Assembly: GCF_900095295.1 (NCBI RefSeq) | Contig: NZ_LT607756.1 | Coordinates: 465,163-497,162, forward strand | Source of the DNA: Methanobacterium congolense | Lineage (GTDB): Archaea; Methanobacteriota; Methanobacteria; Methanobacteriales; Methanobacteriaceae | DNA: 32,000 nucleotides | Direction: 5' to 3' | In this document: positions 28,648 to 32,000 of the stretch, piece by piece | Position numbering within the stretch: the stretch's first letter is position 1 | Layout: every line of letters starts with the position of its first letter | The notes under the pieces: generated by a model | Database searches by the model: none | What the model saw: only the letters and a program-made list of their open reading frames with translations | What the model was told of the DNA's origin: nothing | Made by a program: the position numbers and the translations under genes

Positions 28648-29197
28648 GATTTCACCTCTATTATCTTAAAACTTGTTTTTTTAGTTTATTTTTATTACTT
28701 CAGTGTTAATCTAATTTTAATCCAATAATAAGAATTCGATTAAATTCAAATCATACCCAACTCAAACTAAAAAAGTCTTAGTTAGAATAATTCTATTTTT
28801 ATATCAAACTATATTAATTTAACGTTAACCAGTTTATTATTGGTTTTGCTCATGCAGGTTAAAAAGACTTTTTATGGGTTATACAAAATACTTCATTTCA
28901 CAGAAATCTGTAATTATAAATATTTAAATATTTCAAATTCCAACCTCAATCAATGGATTGCATCTTGAGATAAGAAGGTTGTGTTGTAAATTTTTTTGAA
29001 TAAAGTTATTGTTCGAAGATTTTAACATGTCACGTTCAAAAGATGTTAATTTGAATAGATTCAAAGAATAATTTTAAAAATAAAATAAAAATAATCTCGA
29101 TTAGATGGATTCCGTAGCCATGGAATGAAGTCCATAGAAAGAATTCATAGATCTTCAAAATCCGGATTTTTAGAAGTAAAACAGTGGGTGAATTCAC

Positions 29198-30208
29198 ATG
29201 AAAATCAGCATGTCACATGGAGCAGGTGGAGAGGTCATGCAGGGCCTCATATCAGACATAATACTTGGAAATCTCAATAATAAACAGGTCAATGGTGGAG
29301 TTGGGCTTGATTCCCTTGATGATGGTGCAACCATACCTTTGGGGGACTATGAAATTGTTGTGAGTACAGACAGCCACACAGTAAATCCTATTTTCTTCCC
29401 TGGTGGAGATATCGGTAAAATATCCATAGCTGGAACTGTCAATGATGTATCTATGATGGGTGCAAAGCCCCTTGCAATAACTAATGCCATGGTGGTGAGT
29501 GAAGGATTCTCAGGGGAGGATTTTGAGCGGATAATAAAATCTATGGATGAAGTCTGCAGGGAAGTTGGAGTATCTATAGTAACCGGTGACACCAAAGTTA
29601 TGGAGAACGACAAGCTGGACAGCATAATCATATCCACCACTGGAATAGGAATAGCCAAAAGGGGTCAGATCACACGGGACTCCAACCTTGAAGTTGGAAA
29701 CAAGATCATACTAACCGGAAGTGTTGGAGACCATGGAATTTCTTTGATGTCTTACAGGGAAGGATTTGGATTTGAAACAGACTTGAAATCTGATGTTGCA
29801 CCAGTATGGAGCATGGTTGAAGCTGCACTGGAAGTTGGAGGTGTTAAGGCAATGAAAGACCCGACAAGGGGTGGAATAGCCAATGCACTCAATGAACTGG
29901 CTGAAAAATCCGGCGTTGGAATGCTCCTTGATGAAGAGAAGATACCAATCAAAAAAGAGGTTCATGCTGCATCTGAAATGCTTGGAATAGACCCTTACGA
30001 GGTTGCAAATGAGGGCAAAGTCATAATGGGTGTTGAAGCAGACAAAGCAGAGGAGATACTTCAGGCTGTGCGCAAAACCAAGTATGGAAAAGATGCCCAG
30101 ATAATTGGTGAGGTCACAAACGACAAGCACGTAATTCTCGAAACAGCCTTAGGTGGTAAGAGGATACTTGAAGCTCCGATAGCTGACCCGGTTCCAAGGG
30201 TTTGCTAA
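29198..30208 (+). CDS. hypE: Hydrogenase maturation protein HypE (carbamoyl dehydratase)
   Basis: SHGAGG N-terminal motif, an AIR-synthase-like body, and a C-terminal PRVC ending (PR[IV]C thiocyanate-carrying Cys). Confidence 0.95.
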   Translation: MKISMSHGAGGEVMQGLISDIILGNLNNKQVNGGVGLDSLDDGATIPLGDYEIVVSTDSHTVNPIFFPGGDIGKISIAGTVNDVSMMGAKPLAITNAMVVSEGFSGEDFERIIKSMDEVCREVGVSIVTGDTKVMENDKLDSIIISTTGIGIAKRGQITRDSNLEVGNKIILTGSVGDHGISLMSYREGFGFETDLKSDVAPVWSMVEAALEVGGVKAMKDPTRGGIANALNELAEKSGVGMLLDEEKIPIKKEVHAASEMLGIDPYEVANEGKVIMGVEADKAEEILQAVRKTKYGKDAQIIGEVTNDKHVILETALGGKRILEAPIADPVPRVC

Positions 30209-30219
30209 AACCTTCTTTA

Positions 30220-30243
30220 AAGGAATTTTTTTTCCTTATTTTT
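30220..30243 (+). terminator. Hairpin plus T-tract after hypE
   Basis: AAGGAA (30220-30225) pairs with TTCCTT (30232-30237) across a T6 loop, followed by ATTTTT. Confidence 0.4.
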
Positions 30244-30319
30244 ACATTAATTTAATTAACCCCTTTTTTTGAACTGCAGTTTCACATAAAAGCACATAAA
30301 AAAAAATCCTGTTTTCAAT

Positions 30320-30374
30320 ATTTACATCACATTTACATCAATACAAGGTTATAAGTTCTACAACAAGGTTATAA
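30320..30374. repeat. Two pairs of short direct repeats upstream of the RDD gene
   Basis: ATTTACATCA x2 (30320-30329 and 30331-30340). ACAAGGTTATAA x2 (30343-30354 and 30363-30374). Confidence 0.6.
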
Positions 30375-30508
30375 TCCTGCAACACAAAATTATATAAATC
30401 CATAGGAACTGGTAATAGATAGATTGGATGAATCATTTGAAATGAACTGCGTGGCACAGATTCATGGAAAGATAATGTTTTGACTCAACGATTTCAGGTG
30501 GTAAGAAC

Positions 30509-30952
30509 ATGGAGTACTTCTGGGGAAGACGTTTCGTAGCTTTAATATTTGATGGAATAATTTTAACACTTATGATGTGGATATTAAGTTCCATGATATA
30601 TCCTTTGATAGTGGCAACCAGCACATTTACAGTTTTAAACTACTGGATTGTGCCAACTGCTCTGCTCATAATAGCCTATTTCACATATATGGAAGGTAAA
30701 AATGGGACTACATTGGGTAAATCTGTAATGAATCTTCAAGTAAAGGCCTCTAATGGGGAAATGACTTATAAAACTGCCTTTGTTAGAAATTTATCCAAGA
30801 TCCTTTGGGTTCCTTTGCTCCTTGATATGTTCCTTGGATACCTCTTTGGGGATTCCAATGACAGGTTTCTGGGTCAGGTTTCAAATACACAGGTTTTTAA
30901 GGTTGAAGAATTGGACACATCCCAGGAAAATGCTGAAGAATCAGCATCATAA
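30509..30952 (+). CDS. RDD-family membrane protein
   Basis: GRRFVALIFDGIIL (R..D start of the RDD domain), three hydrophobic segments, and GKSVMNLQV...FVRNL. AGGTGG SD. Confidence 0.8.
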   Translation: MEYFWGRRFVALIFDGIILTLMMWILSSMIYPLIVATSTFTVLNYWIVPTALLIIAYFTYMEGKNGTTLGKSVMNLQVKASNGEMTYKTAFVRNLSKILWVPLLLDMFLGYLFGDSNDRFLGQVSNTQVFKVEELDTSQENAEESAS

Positions 30953-31205
30953 AACTTTTTATAAAATAATTAAGACTAATAATATAGAATAAACATATTA
31001 AAATGATTATTTTCAAGTTTTAATAAGTTTAAGTTTAGCTTTTAAGAAGTAACCAGTAAAAACTAATTTTTAAAGGATGCTGTTTTTAATAGGATACTCT
31101 TAAAAAAAAAATGATAAAAATCAATTAAAAAGAGAAATAAATATTAAAAAATTTAAAAAAATAAATTAAAAGAAGAAAATATTGAAATTATTTTTGCCCT
31201 TACCA

Positions 31206-31469
31206 TTACTCCACTATTCTAACTTCCTGAACTGCAGGTTTTGCTATAGCCTTTCCAATTAATATGGTTGCAACAACTGCAAGTATAGTAACAAGAACTG
31301 CGTAAACCAGCAGGCCAGTTAATCCGCTCCCTTTTGGGAACAACTGGGTTATAAATGCTTTGATGGTTTCGTTCCATGCTAGTGCTGCTATTAATCCAAA
31401 GGCTGTTGTCATCAAGGTTGCAATGGTCTGCATTACCTGTCCCTTAACTTCTTTCACTTCTTCTTTCAT
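31206..31469 (-). CDS. Small two-TM membrane protein (DUF5654-like)
   Basis: 87 aa with a GAGGTAG SD. TTAFGLIAALAWNETIKAFI followed by a second hydrophobic helix. The family name is from memory. Confidence 0.7.
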   Translation of the reverse strand: MKEEVKEVKGQVMQTIATLMTTAFGLIAALAWNETIKAFITQLFPKGSGLTGLLVYAVLVTILAVVATILIGKAIAKPAVQEVRIVE

Positions 31470-31744
31470 AATACTACCTCTTGCTCAAAAAATTATAGTT
31501 AATACTTATATATTGAAAATGAGGTATAAATTTGCCTAAAATCTAACGAACTTCCTTGGAATGAAATTAGCATAAATTAAATTGGATTTCTTGATTCAAG
31601 CCATTGAACTTCAGAATAATGAGGGGGTTATGCTAAAATTTGATATTGATAGTCAATAATCAGTGCTGAGGTTACCACCAAAAATAACTTAATTGAACCA
31701 GAACAAAGACTGAACAACTAAAAAATTTTTGAGTAAGTGAAAAC

Positions 31745-32000
31745 CATGTTCATGGGTGCATCAACAAAGCAGGGCTATGATATAGCAGAAAAAAGTAGGA
31801 AAATAGTAAAATCACTTATAGATGATAAAACAGCTCATCTCACTCCTGAGGAAAGGGCAATTGTTGAGAGGATGGTTCATTCAACAGCAGACCCTGAATA
31901 TGCAGATATAACCCGGATAAGTGACGATTTTGTCCACGAAAGTTTGAAATCCATTCGTAATGGTGGTGATATTCTCACGGACATAAACATGGTTAAGGTG
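31745..32000 (+). CDS. cbiC: Precorrin-8X/cobalt-precorrin-8 methylmutase, N-terminal part (3' end outside window)
   Basis: Hand translation from ATG 31745 gives MFMGASTKQGYDIAEKSRKIVKSLIDD...EERAIVERMVHSTADPEYADI...ILTDINMVKV. This is the CbiC/CobH pattern, including VHSTAD. Confidence 0.87.

Noticed and set aside
27729-28669. Plus-strand ORFs (176, 198 and 108 aa) opposite polB-C and rps8e
   Set aside because: They are antisense to conserved genes and give low-complexity translations with no SD. The same reasoning applies to 1964-2527, 5631-6023, 12177-12590, 15656-16144, 17308-17682 and the small + strand ORFs at 24976-26498 opposite the ATPase gene.
28770-28873. 10-bp inverted repeat AAAAAGTCTT / AAGACTTTTT separated by 84 nt in the rps8e/hypE divergent region
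   Set aside because: The arms are AT-rich and far apart, and there is no supporting secondary structure or terminator/promoter logic. It is probably coincidental.

Overview
AT-rich archaeal chromosomal segment. The gene content points to a hydrogenotrophic methanogen of the Methanobacteriales (Methanobacterium/Methanothermobacter-like). Supporting genes are methenyl-H4MPT cyclohydrolase (mch), archaeal riboflavin synthase, hypA/hypB/hypE, a short 'core' MetE, a split family-B DNA polymerase fragment and several methanogen-restricted small proteins. About 85-90% of the window is coding, and most starts are preceded by GGAGG/GGTGAT-type Shine-Dalgarno sequences.

The centre (12.0-21.0 kb, + strand) is the classic archaeal exosome/proteasome/RNase P 'superoperon': L15e, an RNA-binding protein, Rpp30, Pop5, PsmA, SBDS, Rrp4, Rrp41, Rrp42, L37Ae, RpoP, a Brix protein, Pcc1, prefoldin beta and a DUF3194-like protein. 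RpoP is a 43-aa TTG-start ORF missing from the ORF track. Upstream lies a translationally coupled operon of two methanogen-specific small proteins, core-MetE and ThyA, followed by mch and ribC.

No CRISPR array, transposase, integrase or prophage signal was seen. The least ordinary parts are:
- a minus-strand cluster at 23.5-26.5 kb encoding an unassigned wHTH-AAA+ ATPase, a membrane-anchored PsbP-like/sortase-fold fusion protein and a 63-aa two-TM protein;
- a 520-bp ORF-free gap (21.0-21.5 kb) containing a TATA box, a strongly structured ~190-nt segment and an oligo-T tract, which I read as a candidate ncRNA;
- a 10-TM protein with an HEXXH motif;
- a possible APCDD1-like domain protein;
- a HisA/HisF-related plus PfkB kinase pair.

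All functional calls come from reading motifs in the supplied translations and from remembered family knowledge. No database search was run.
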